In this document: positions 26,572-36,277 of the stretch, piece by piece | Numbering within the stretch: position 1 is the stretch's first letter | Layout of the letters: each line of letters begins with the position of its first letter | Assembly: GCA_002371705.1 (NCBI GenBank) | Contig: DFGI01000066.1 | Coordinates: 4,472-68,471, forward strand | Direction of reading: 5' to 3' | DNA length: 64,000 bases | DNA from: Bacteroidales bacterium UBA3754 | GTDB taxonomy: Bacteria > Bacteroidota > Bacteroidia > Bacteroidales > UBA1715 | The notes under the pieces: model-generated | Databases searched by the model: none | The model's input: the letters and a program-made list of their open reading frames with translations, nothing else | Told to the model about the DNA's origin: nothing | Translations under genes and position numbers: made by a program

Positions 26572-27564
26572 ATGAAACCATTCAAATACATAGCTCTTTT
26601 GTTTTTTATAGTGACCCTTTTTTCATGTACAGGAGAGTACGATGAAGACATTTCTAACATCATACGACACAAAAATTCCGAAAAAACTATTTCAATCACA
26701 GGCATAATTACTTCGGACTACAAACGGCAGACAATAATTGTTTCACGTACAGTAGAATTAAGCGAACTCTATATGTCTTCAGACATTGGGAAGCATCAAA
26801 TTAAAGACACCCTTATGCATAGAAGAGTTGGAGGTGCAAAAGTGTATGTGGAAGTTGCCGGGAAGAAGTATGAATTTAAGGAGGTGCATACAACAGGTTA
26901 TCTTCATTATACCGACTATAATAAACCAATACCAACGGTTATTAATATACCATACGATGCAATCTATTACGAATCTATAGATTCGTTTGCTGGTATTCCA
27001 AACCAAGAGCATAAACTTGTGGTGGAAGTTGAGGGGAAAACATATACCGCCACGGACATAATGACCCAAGTCTCGGAGATTATATTTAATGAAAGAAGTC
27101 CACTGTGTCGTATGGTTGAGATTTTGGGGGATGAAGACCATAAAGAGAAATTGATTCATACTGTATACCCAAACTATTTGTTCGGACAACAGGAAGCATA
27201 TATCATGGGATTTAATCGTTTTGGAGATGAACTTTGTTATTCCTTCCGTCAATTAGCGGCACCGCAATTAATGGGAGAAATTGGATATGAAATAGTATGT
27301 TCCCATGATGACGCCCACTTAACCGATACTATAGTGGTCACGAAAATGTCGTGTTCCCCATCGTATGAATATTATTTGTATTGTTTATTTCAGAACGATT
27401 ATGGAAATGACTTTGATTTTGGGGACATATCGTCAAATATGCCCACAAACATTTCCAATGGCGGTGTGGGATTCTTTGCGGCATGCGATGTCAGAAGACA
27501 AATTTTTAGTAGAAAGAAACTGGTACAGTTAGCGGAATCAATAGGAAACATTATTGAATACTAA
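26572..27564 (+). CDS. DUF4249-like lipoprotein, paralog B
   Basis: A start at MKPFKYIALLFFIVTLFSC gives a lipobox. The N- and C-terminal blocks are near-identical to paralog A, while the central blocks are divergent. Confidence 0.6.
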   Translation: MKPFKYIALLFFIVTLFSCTGEYDEDISNIIRHKNSEKTISITGIITSDYKRQTIIVSRTVELSELYMSSDIGKHQIKDTLMHRRVGGAKVYVEVAGKKYEFKEVHTTGYLHYTDYNKPIPTVINIPYDAIYYESIDSFAGIPNQEHKLVVEVEGKTYTATDIMTQVSEIIFNERSPLCRMVEILGDEDHKEKLIHTVYPNYLFGQQEAYIMGFNRFGDELCYSFRQLAAPQLMGEIGYEIVCSHDDAHLTDTIVVTKMSCSPSYEYYLYCLFQNDYGNDFDFGDISSNMPTNISNGGVGFFAACDVRRQIFSRKKLVQLAESIGNIIEY

Positions 27565-27569
27565 TTAAC

Positions 27570-29861
27570 ATGAAGACATTTTATAAATATATATTACTAT
27601 TATTCTGTAATTTAGTAGGATTTTCGGTTTTCGCACAAAATTTCATAGTTTCGGGTTATGTAAAAGACAGTGCAAGCAGCGAAGCCATTGTCGGTGCCAC
27701 AATTTACGAGGCGACAACCAACACGGCGGTTATTTCGAACGAATATGGTTTTTTCAGTCTGCATCTAAGTCAAGGTGCATATACCTTGGAATGTAGCAGT
27801 CTTGGGGCAAAGACCAAAACGCAGGACATTCAGGTAAGCGGCAACACACGAGTAATTTTTCGTCTGCCAAGCCAATCATACGACATCGACAAGGTTGTAG
27901 TGCATGCCAATCAACAAACATCCAATGTCGTAACAAAACGTCTTACCGCAAAGCAGATTGAGCTGACACCATCCACATTCGGTGTACCTGATGTGATAAA
28001 AGTGGTTCAGACCATGCCGGGAATTAAAACAATAGGCGACGGAACAACCAGCATGTACGTCAGAGGCGGCAACCGCGACCAGAATATGATACGTATTGAC
28101 GAGGCAAACATTTACAACGTGTCGCACATGTACGGGTATGTTTCTTCATTCAACCCTGACATGCTCAACGAAGTACAGTTTTACAACAGTTACTTCTCGC
28201 CTGAATACGGCGGAAGAATCTCGTCGGTGCTTGATGCACAAATGAAAGAGGGTAATCTTAACTCATTTAGCGGAAGTGCTTTAATGAGCGTATTGACAGC
28301 AAACGTGACCGTGGAAGGTCCCATCAAAAAAGATGTTGCTTCATTCTTTGTGGCTGGAAGACGAAGCATTCTGGACATCATAAGGAAATACGGGGACTTT
28401 GGCATCAACGTGCCTACTTTCTACGATGTGAACGCGAAAATCAACTGCAAAATTAACGACAGAAACCGCATATTCCTTTCAAGCTACGTCAGCTCCGACT
28501 ACCAGAAATATCCGCCTCTTTTTGAAAACGATGCCCTCAATGCGAGCGGAACCGCACGATGGATTAGCGAACTGCGTCCGAAGCTGTTCCTGACCACATC
28601 GTTTGTGGCAAGCAAATACAGCAACGAAACAGAGTTACAAGATTCCACAGACCGCACATGGCTGATAGGTTTGAACGAATATACAGCAAAATCAAAACTC
28701 AATTGGTACATATCGAACAAACAAAAGGTACTGGTGGGACTGCAATCGTCGGTCTTTCACCTCACTCCAGGCAACACGGGTGATGCGGCAACCAGCATTT
28801 CCGACATGCAGTTGTTCGAACCATCGTTGTTTGCAAACCATACCATTTCGGTGAACAACTGGACGTTTATGTACGGTCTGCGTGTGACCCAATACCACAA
28901 TTTCGGGAACGCCACGTGGTACACGATTGACAACGGAATGGCTATTGCCGAGAATAAGGAATCGTCGGGGATTTGGAACAGCTACACCTGCATAGAGCCA
29001 CGTATCCACATAGCGAAAAAAATTAAGGATTCGGAATTTTCCGCTTCGTTTACCCGTACTTCGCAGTCAATGCAGGCGCTGTCGAACACCAAATTGAACT
29101 ATTCGTCGCTTGAGACGTGGTTCTGCTCGTCACCAAATTTAAAACCTATGGAGGCGGAGAATTTTTCCATTGGCTACACCCTCAAAAAGAAAAAAATAGG
29201 TTTGCTTGCCGAGGCATACTATCGAAACATACATAACCAAATAGACTACATCGACAATGCAAACTTGCGTGCAAATCCGTATGCCGAATCGCAGGTAAAG
29301 GCAGGAAAATCGCATGCCTATGGATTTGAGATTTCGCTCAATAGGGAGGGTAAACGCAACCAGTTCTCTGTAAGCTATTCATTCGCAAGAGTGATGTATA
29401 ACATTCCCGAGATTTTGGATGAGCCCTATCGTGCGCCATACGATATGCCGCACGATATAAAACTACAACTGACACAGCGAATCAAGGAACGGTGGTCTTT
29501 CAGCGCATTGTGGGTTTTTGCAAGCGGCCGCCCAGGAACGTTTGCACATGGATATTACACGTATGATGAACCGAGTATTTGGTATGTTAAAAAAATTCCG
29601 CTTTATAATAAGCGAAATTCAGATACCTATCCTGTATATCATCGTTTTGACATTGCATTGCATTACAACGGCAAGCCGCATAAACATTACGAACAAAGTC
29701 TTTCGTTAGGTATATTCAATGTGTATGCTAAAAAGAACATTCTTTATTACGATTTTGGAGTATATGAAATGAACGATGAATTAGTGTATAACTACAACGT
29801 TGCAGCGTATTATTTCCGTGCCTGCGTGCCAAATTTCACTTATAAAGTATGCTTTAAATAG
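27570..29861 (+). CDS. TonB-dependent receptor with a CarboxypepD_reg-like domain, paralog B
   Basis: 763 aa, colinear with paralog A. Most residues are identical, and differences concentrate in a few short segments near the C-terminus. Confidence 0.85.
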   Translation: MKTFYKYILLLFCNLVGFSVFAQNFIVSGYVKDSASSEAIVGATIYEATTNTAVISNEYGFFSLHLSQGAYTLECSSLGAKTKTQDIQVSGNTRVIFRLPSQSYDIDKVVVHANQQTSNVVTKRLTAKQIELTPSTFGVPDVIKVVQTMPGIKTIGDGTTSMYVRGGNRDQNMIRIDEANIYNVSHMYGYVSSFNPDMLNEVQFYNSYFSPEYGGRISSVLDAQMKEGNLNSFSGSALMSVLTANVTVEGPIKKDVASFFVAGRRSILDIIRKYGDFGINVPTFYDVNAKINCKINDRNRIFLSSYVSSDYQKYPPLFENDALNASGTARWISELRPKLFLTTSFVASKYSNETELQDSTDRTWLIGLNEYTAKSKLNWYISNKQKVLVGLQSSVFHLTPGNTGDAATSISDMQLFEPSLFANHTISVNNWTFMYGLRVTQYHNFGNATWYTIDNGMAIAENKESSGIWNSYTCIEPRIHIAKKIKDSEFSASFTRTSQSMQALSNTKLNYSSLETWFCSSPNLKPMEAENFSIGYTLKKKKIGLLAEAYYRNIHNQIDYIDNANLRANPYAESQVKAGKSHAYGFEISLNREGKRNQFSVSYSFARVMYNIPEILDEPYRAPYDMPHDIKLQLTQRIKERWSFSALWVFASGRPGTFAHGYYTYDEPSIWYVKKIPLYNKRNSDTYPVYHRFDIALHYNGKPHKHYEQSLSLGIFNVYAKKNILYYDFGVYEMNDELVYNYNVAAYYFRACVPNFTYKVCFK

Positions 29862-31095
29862 AGATATGCCCCAAATCTTTCCAAAATTCTGGATATGATT
29901 TTGCCACGCATTCGGGATTTTCGATTTCTACTGGTGATTTTGCAAGCAGAGCGGCAACGGCACCAGCCATAGCTATGCGGTGGTCGTTGTTGGCGTGCAT
30001 GCTGCCACCTTGTAATGTGCCACCATACACTATCATTTCATCACCATTGCATTCGATTTTTGTTCCTAATTTTCCAAATTCTGTTTGTAACACTTTTGCA
30101 CGGTCGCTTTCCTTGTGTGCCAAACGCGACACGCCTTTTATTACCGTATTGCCTTGGCAATGTGCCGCGAGAGAAACCAATGGTGGAAACAAATCTGGAC
30201 ATTCGGTTGCGTCGAACGAGAATGCACGTAATTCGTTGTGTGACACAGAAATGGAATTATTATTGATTTCCAAGTGCGCGCCAACTTTTTGTAATGCATC
30301 AACAATCGCTTTGTCGGCTTGGCATGATTCCATGGAAATATTTTCAACTGTAACGTTGCCGTTCAAAGCTCCAGCAACCAACAAAAACGCTGCACCACTC
30401 CAATCTCCTTCAATCTGCACGGATTGTGCTTGGTATGATTGCTCAGCAGGAACCACGAATGAATCGTAGTCGTGGCGGCCAACAGCCACACCGAATTTCT
30501 TCATCATATCAAGCGTAATGTCTATATAGGGTTTGCTTTTCAAGTCTTTTACGTTGAGAATCACATCTTTACGGGCGTATGGCGCGGCAATCAGCAATCC
30601 AGTAAGAATCTGCGAACTGAGTGAGCCATCAACTGTGGCGTAACCGCCTTGAATAGGGCCACAAACCTGTACAGGCACAAATCCGTTGGTGGTTGAAATT
30701 TGTACACCAAGTTGTTTCAGTGGACTTTCCAACGCACTTACAGGACGTTTTTTCAGCGAGCCTTCGCCGTGCAGTGTAATTGGTTCGTGCCACAACGATG
30801 CTATTGGTGTGAACATTCTGATTCCCAATCCTGCTTCACCGCAATTCAGTTCGAGCGAACGGGGACGAAGACCGCCGGTGATTGTTACTGTTGCACCGTC
30901 AACGGAAACCGAAGCACCAAGATTTTCCGCGATTTTCAGAGCCGCGTCGCTGTCGTTGCTCGACGAGTAACCGTGTAGAACCGAAGTGCCGTTTGCCAAT
31001 GCACTAATGGCAATGGCGCGTTGCATCACACTTTTCGAGGCTGGTGGCACTATTGTCCCGAAAACTTTGCCGGGACGAACTATTTTTTGTTCCAT
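29854..31095 (-). CDS. aroA: 3-phosphoshikimate 1-carboxyvinyltransferase (EPSP synthase)
   Basis: 413 aa: PPASKSVMQRA...LNCGEAGLGIRMF...KERPV-like KKRPV...HKESDR...DHRIAMA motifs. Confidence 0.9.
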   Translation of the reverse strand: MEQKIVRPGKVFGTIVPPASKSVMQRAIAISALANGTSVLHGYSSSNDSDAALKIAENLGASVSVDGATVTITGGLRPRSLELNCGEAGLGIRMFTPIASLWHEPITLHGEGSLKKRPVSALESPLKQLGVQISTTNGFVPVQVCGPIQGGYATVDGSLSSQILTGLLIAAPYARKDVILNVKDLKSKPYIDITLDMMKKFGVAVGRHDYDSFVVPAEQSYQAQSVQIEGDWSGAAFLLVAGALNGNVTVENISMESCQADKAIVDALQKVGAHLEINNNSISVSHNELRAFSFDATECPDLFPPLVSLAAHCQGNTVIKGVSRLAHKESDRAKVLQTEFGKLGTKIECNGDEMIVYGGTLQGGSMHANNDHRIAMAGAVAALLAKSPVEIENPECVAKSYPEFWKDLGHISI

Positions 31096-32393
31096 ATACG
31101 TCCAATTTCATCTTTCAAACGTTCCGTTACGTGCGATTTTGAATGAATTTCTGTGCTAAACACAACGTGGGCGGTGTGCACGTAGTTATCCATTCGCGAA
31201 GCCAACAATTCCTGCAATTTTTCCAGAGGATTGTCGCATTGTAAAAGAGGACGTTTGTCAATTGATATTCTGTTAATTATAGTTTGTGGTGTGGCGTAGA
31301 ACCAAACCACTAATGAGTTTTGTTTTAATATGTTACGATTTTGCTCGTGTAGTACGATTCCGCCTCCGCATGAAATTACGCATGGTTTGTCGGCGGCAAC
31401 AATTTCCGAAAGAGTTTCACGTTCCACTTTTCGAAAATATTCTTCCCCTTTTTTTGAGAAAATTTGTGGAATTGAACAATGTTCTTTGGCAACAATTTCA
31501 TCGTCTATGTCTTTGAACTTAAACTGCATAGCCTCTGCGAGCAGTTTGCCGTGTGTGGTTTTTCCCGCCCCCATAATGCCTATTGTGGAGACTACATGGT
31601 TGCGGTCGGCGAGCGTAGGCATTGTCAAGCCTGATTTCATAACAGCTTTGTCGGGTGATGCGCCCAGAAATAATTTGTACGACGCAACTGCTTGATTGAG
31701 AAGCCAATCCTCGGCGGAAACTATCATACAATTTTTCCGTTTTGCCATTTCTACCAACGGAGAGCCTTTATAGTTTGCATCGAATACAATTATATTTTCA
31801 TTCAGCCACGATTCTTGAATTGGATTTACATTTTGCCGTAGGGCTGAAATTAGTATATCGCACTCTGACACAACTGTTTGCAATGATTCAATGTTTGCAT
31901 ATTCACAGCCAATTATTTCGGCGGCGGCACGGCCTTTTTCTTCCGTGCGGTTCACTATCACTACTTGCGCGCCCTGCGATTGAAGTCCGTATGCGGCTGC
32001 TTTTCCTGCGCCACCTGCGCCAAGCACTACGCATCGTTTCCCTTTCAATGAAATTCCTGCATCAATAAAGCTTTGTGTAACTCCATAGAAATCAGTGTTA
32101 TAGCCGTGCAATTCTCCATTTTTGTTCACAATAGTGTTCACGCTGCCAAGAATAAGCGCTTCGTCGTGAACCACATCGAGCAACGAACCAATTGTTTCCT
32201 TGAATGGCGAGGTTACGTTCATTCCCGTTACGTTCAGTTCGCGGAACAGAAAAATTGCTTCGTCGGCGGTTTCAGCCGCAAGATATATGTAATTGGCATC
32301 CAATCCGTTATGCTTGAATTGCGCATTGAACATATTCGGACTTTTACTGTGTAAAATTGGATTTCCTGTTACTGCAAATACTTGTGTCGCCAT
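31080..32393 (-). CDS. aroE/aroK: Fused shikimate dehydrogenase / shikimate kinase
   Basis: The N-terminal ~255 aa are AroE-like (VTGNPILHSKSP.MFNA..., VLGAGGAGKAAAYGL, NRT). The C-terminal ~170 aa are AroK-like (IGIMGAGKTTHGKLLA Walker A, DIDDEI, GGGIV). It overlaps aroA by 16 nt. Confidence 0.8.
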   Translation of the reverse strand: MATQVFAVTGNPILHSKSPNMFNAQFKHNGLDANYIYLAAETADEAIFLFRELNVTGMNVTSPFKETIGSLLDVVHDEALILGSVNTIVNKNGELHGYNTDFYGVTQSFIDAGISLKGKRCVVLGAGGAGKAAAYGLQSQGAQVVIVNRTEEKGRAAAEIIGCEYANIESLQTVVSECDILISALRQNVNPIQESWLNENIIVFDANYKGSPLVEMAKRKNCMIVSAEDWLLNQAVASYKLFLGASPDKAVMKSGLTMPTLADRNHVVSTIGIMGAGKTTHGKLLAEAMQFKFKDIDDEIVAKEHCSIPQIFSKKGEEYFRKVERETLSEIVAADKPCVISCGGGIVLHEQNRNILKQNSLVVWFYATPQTIINRISIDKRPLLQCDNPLEKLQELLASRMDNYVHTAHVVFSTEIHSKSHVTERLKDEIGRIWNKK

Positions 32394-32397
32394 TGAG

Positions 32398-33843
32398 TTA
32401 TTTTTTCCAAAATGTTGGCATAAAGAGAATTAGAATTGTAAAGATTTCCAATCGTCCAATCAACATAATTATTGAAAGGAGAATTTTCGATGCAGCTGGG
32501 AATGAACTAAAATCTAAGAGCATTCCCGATTGTGTAAATCCAATTCCTACATTGGAAATCGAAAGCGCCGAAGCCGAGAATGCCGTGTAGAAATCGTGGC
32601 CGAAGAATGTGAGCGCCAGTGCGCCGAGCAAGAAAATTACTATATACATTACTATAAATGCATACACGTTGGAAATAACTTTTTCGGACACGGGTTTTTT
32701 GCTCAAACGAAGCGTTAGGATTGCATTTGGATGCAAAATTTGTTTGAGCGCCAAATAGCTGTTTTTTATTAACACGGTGATTCTCACCACTTTAATTGCT
32801 CCACTTGTTGAACCTGCACAAGCTCCAAAAAATGTAAGAATAAAGAAAAGCATCATTGATGCGCTGGGCATCAACGAATAATCGGTTATGGTGAACCCCG
32901 TTGTTGTGATAAACGCAATTACTTGAAACACAATGGTTCTGATGTGGAGTTCCACATCGTCAAAGGCTCCATGCTTCCACAGATTTATAGAAATAATTGC
33001 CAATGAAACGACAAGAATTATCAAAATGTAGTTTCGCAGTTCCTCGTCTTTGGCAACTATGCGGAATTTCCCGCGGACAGCCATGTAAAGAACCACGAAA
33101 TTCACACCCGAAATGAACATAAACGTCATTACCACGTATTGCGTGTACGGCGTCATGTTGGCGACGCTCGCGTTTTGGCTTGAAAATCCACCTGACGAAA
33201 TTGTGGACAACGCCAAAATCACTGATTCGTAAAATGAATTTCCGCCAGCAACTAATAGTATGATTTCCAATATGGTACAGGCAATGTACAATATGTATAA
33301 TCTGCTTGCGGTATCTTTAATTCGAGGATGAATTTTGTCTTTTGCAGGTCCGTTTGCTTCGGCTGAATAAAGCTGCATCCCGCCGGCGCCGAACATTGGT
33401 ATGACTGCCACTGTTAACACGACGATTCCCATACCGCCAACCCATTGCATTAAACTTCGCCAGAGAATGATTTGTTTGGGTAAAATTTCTACGTCAGCAA
33501 AAACCGTTGCCCCCGTGGTGGTGAATCCAGACATTGATTCAAAAAATGCATCGACGAATGAGTCGAGGCTATGGGTAAACAAAAACGGCATTGTGCCGAT
33601 AAGTGAAAATGCAAGCCATACCACGGCCACTATAAAATATCCTTCCTTGCGCCCAACCGAATATGCTGTTTTGCGATAGCTGAAGGCTGCTAAAATCCCC
33701 ACGCTCAATGAAATAGCAATTGAAAGCAGAAAACCACGCAGTTCTTCACCATAATAAATGCCAGGAATCAGACAAAGCAACATCAACATTGCTTCGAACA
33801 ATATTAAAAAACCAATTATTCGTATTACAGGCTTGAAATTCAT
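32398..33843 (-). CDS. trkH: TrkH-family potassium uptake permease
   Basis: 481 aa polytopic membrane protein with TrkH-type repeated M1-P-M2 motifs (SGFTTTGAT, ISSGGFS, TTTGFT, SNVGIGF). Confidence 0.85.
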   Translation of the reverse strand: MNFKPVIRIIGFLILFEAMLMLLCLIPGIYYGEELRGFLLSIAISLSVGILAAFSYRKTAYSVGRKEGYFIVAVVWLAFSLIGTMPFLFTHSLDSFVDAFFESMSGFTTTGATVFADVEILPKQIILWRSLMQWVGGMGIVVLTVAVIPMFGAGGMQLYSAEANGPAKDKIHPRIKDTASRLYILYIACTILEIILLVAGGNSFYESVILALSTISSGGFSSQNASVANMTPYTQYVVMTFMFISGVNFVVLYMAVRGKFRIVAKDEELRNYILIILVVSLAIISINLWKHGAFDDVELHIRTIVFQVIAFITTTGFTITDYSLMPSASMMLFFILTFFGACAGSTSGAIKVVRITVLIKNSYLALKQILHPNAILTLRLSKKPVSEKVISNVYAFIVMYIVIFLLGALALTFFGHDFYTAFSASALSISNVGIGFTQSGMLLDFSSFPAASKILLSIIMLIGRLEIFTILILFMPTFWKK

Positions 33844-34022
33844 CCGGCTTGTTCGTTGTCGCTGTTAGTTTTTTTACTTGCAAAATATTCAATGCTCACG
33901 CATACAAGTCCAATAACCAGCAATGTGGTCACTGTGGTTTGGTCGGCAGCGTTCAAAATCAGCAGAACCAGCGATGCGATTCCAAGTGCCAATGCTACCG
34001 ATAGTAAAATTTTTGTTCTCAT
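33840..34022 (-). CDS. Small 2-TM membrane protein between trkA and trkH
   Basis: 60 aa with two hydrophobic helices. It starts 10 nt after the trkA stop, and its stop overlaps the trkH start in an ATGA arrangement. Confidence 0.5.
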   Translation of the reverse strand: MRTKILLSVALALGIASLVLLILNAADQTTVTTLLVIGLVCVSIEYFASKKTNSDNEQAG

Positions 34023-34032
34023 TTCTTATGTG

Positions 34033-35388
34033 TTATTTTTCAAAAAACTTTTTCACTTCGTTGACTGCCGCTGGTAGTGCAAAAACAAGCACCTTGTCGC
34101 CAGCTTCAATTTGTGTTTTTCCTGATGGGATAAATCCGTTCTTTTCACGAACCACGCCACCGATTACAGCGTCTTTCGGGAAATTGTTGATATTCATCAA
34201 CGAGTCGCTGGTTATTTTCATGGATTCGCTCACCATAATTTCCAATATTTGCGCGTCGCACTGCGTAAGATGGCGTGTTTGCGAAATGTTGGCGGCGTTG
34301 CTCAACGTATATTTGTGGATGCTGTTCGCCGCAATTGTTTTCTTGTTAATCAGCGTGTCAATGCCCATATCGGCGGCAAGCCCGATGTAGTCAACATTTT
34401 CGACTTCGGCAATGGTACGTTTCACGCCAATTCGTTTTGCCAAGTAGCACGATAGAATGTTTGTTTCGGCGTTGCTGGTGGTCGCAATAAACACATCTGT
34501 TTGGCGGATACCTTCCTCCACAAGTAAATCAAGACTTCTACCATCGCCGTTGATAACCAATGTGTTTTCAAGCTGCTGTGATAATTTTTTCGCTTTTTCG
34601 GGGTCGAGTTCGATTAATTTTACATCAAACTGTTTTTGTAATATTTTCGCAGTCGCCCGTCCCGTGCGGCTTCCACCCAAAATCATCACTTGCGAAACTG
34701 CCAAATCTTTCTTCTCAAATGTTTCGAGCATTTTGTTCACGCCTTGGCGGTTGCTCACCACGTACAGCACATCGTCGGGTTGGCAAATGTCGTCGCCTTT
34801 CGGAATGATGGTTGAAAACCCACGTTTGATGGCAATCACACGATATTTCTGCAGTTCTTCTTGCGTTGGAATAATCTCTTGCATATATTTCCCGACAACT
34901 GCCGCCGATTCTTCCACTTTCAGTACAAACAGTGACAGTAAACCATCGGCAAAATCAAATGATTCTCGTGTCGCCGCCCGTTCGACGAATGTTGCAATTT
35001 CTTGAGCAGCAAGTGCTTGCGGGTAAATTATAGAGTCTATTCCAATTTCACGGAACAGTTTTTTATTTTTTTCGAGCAACAATTCCGGGTCGCGGACGCG
35101 GGCAATGGTGTGTGGAGCGCCAAGTTTTTTCGCTATCACAGCCGAAGCAACGTTCATTTCGGGGAAATGGGTCACTGCTATATACAAATCACAATTGGCA
35201 ACGCCGGCCTCGTTGAGCACCGAAATTGTCAATGCAGAGCCTTGCACCGTCAAAATATCCAAGTGCAACGACAACTGCTTTAAGTTCTGTGAATCCACGT
35301 CAATCACAGTTACATCGTGCTTGTCGTCGGCAAGGATTCTCGCTAAATGCTGTCCGACCTCGCCCGCTCCTGCTATTATTATCTTCAT
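34033..35388 (-). CDS. trkA: Trk system NAD-binding subunit TrkA
   Basis: 451 aa with duplicated RCK_N/RCK_C architecture. IIIAGAGEVG and MILGGSRTGR are Rossmann motifs. Confidence 0.9.
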   Translation of the reverse strand: MKIIIAGAGEVGQHLARILADDKHDVTVIDVDSQNLKQLSLHLDILTVQGSALTISVLNEAGVANCDLYIAVTHFPEMNVASAVIAKKLGAPHTIARVRDPELLLEKNKKLFREIGIDSIIYPQALAAQEIATFVERAATRESFDFADGLLSLFVLKVEESAAVVGKYMQEIIPTQEELQKYRVIAIKRGFSTIIPKGDDICQPDDVLYVVSNRQGVNKMLETFEKKDLAVSQVMILGGSRTGRATAKILQKQFDVKLIELDPEKAKKLSQQLENTLVINGDGRSLDLLVEEGIRQTDVFIATTSNAETNILSCYLAKRIGVKRTIAEVENVDYIGLAADMGIDTLINKKTIAANSIHKYTLSNAANISQTRHLTQCDAQILEIMVSESMKITSDSLMNINNFPKDAVIGGVVREKNGFIPSGKTQIEAGDKVLVFALPAAVNEVKKFFEK

Positions 35389-35540
35389 TATCGTATTAAA
35401 AAATCGGTCTAATGTACTACTTTTTTTGATTACATAAGAATCCTCACCTAAACATTATTTTTTTCTATCCTCAGAATTTTTCCCATAATTACTGCAATGT
35501 AGTCAATTTTTACTATTTTTATGCCTTCAAAATCATACGA

Positions 35541-36275
35541 ATGAAATTCTTCTATCATATCGGCCGGTATGTGTTGCTGATGAAAAAAGCAATCGGCTGG
35601 CCTGACGAAAAACGAATGTTTTGGCGCAATGTCGGAAAGGAGATTGTTGCCGTGGGATATGACTCAGTTGGAATTGTGTCAATAATTTCCTTTTTTATGG
35701 GTGGCGTGATGGCGCTTCAGCTTGCCATTAATATGGAAAATCCTGTGCTGCCGCAGTATTTGGTTGGCTTGGGAACGCGCGATGCGATTATCCTTGAATT
35801 TTCATCATTGGTCATTGCATTGATTTTGGCGGGAAAAGTCGGATCGAGCATTGCTTCGGAAATAGGTACGATGCGGATTACACAACAAATTGATGCTCTT
35901 GATATTATGGGTATTAATTCGGCAAATTACCTTATCTTACCCAAAATTATTGCGGGAGCAATCACGTTTCCGGTAATTTGTTGCCTCAGCATCATTCTCG
36001 GCATCGGTGGCGGCTGGGTTGTTGGCGATGTTACGGGCATGGTTCCGAGCAACCAGTTTATTCTTGGTCTGCAATTTATGTTCCAACCGTTTTATATCAC
36101 GTTTACGAATATAAAAATGGTATTCTTTGGGATATTAATTACATCAATATCAAGCTATTACGGATATAATGCAAAAGGCGGCTCCTTGCAAGTGGGACAA
36201 GCCAGCACGCAGGCCGTGGTTGTCAGCAGTATTGTAGTTCTTATTTTCGACCTTTCTCTTACCACAATGTTGTAA
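35541..36275 (+). CDS. mlaE: MlaE-family ABC transporter permease
   Basis: 244 aa with an MlaE-like sequence (GIVSIISFFMGGVMALQ..., EIGTMRITQQIDAL). Confidence 0.8.
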   Translation: MKFFYHIGRYVLLMKKAIGWPDEKRMFWRNVGKEIVAVGYDSVGIVSIISFFMGGVMALQLAINMENPVLPQYLVGLGTRDAIILEFSSLVIALILAGKVGSSIASEIGTMRITQQIDALDIMGINSANYLILPKIIAGAITFPVICCLSIILGIGGGWVVGDVTGMVPSNQFILGLQFMFQPFYITFTNIKMVFFGILITSISSYYGYNAKGGSLQVGQASTQAVVVSSIVVLIFDLSLTTML

Positions 36276-36277
36276 TT

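Larger units (their letters stand above)
26572..29861 (+). repeat. Tandem paralogous cassette, copy B
   Basis: See copy A. Confidence 0.8.
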
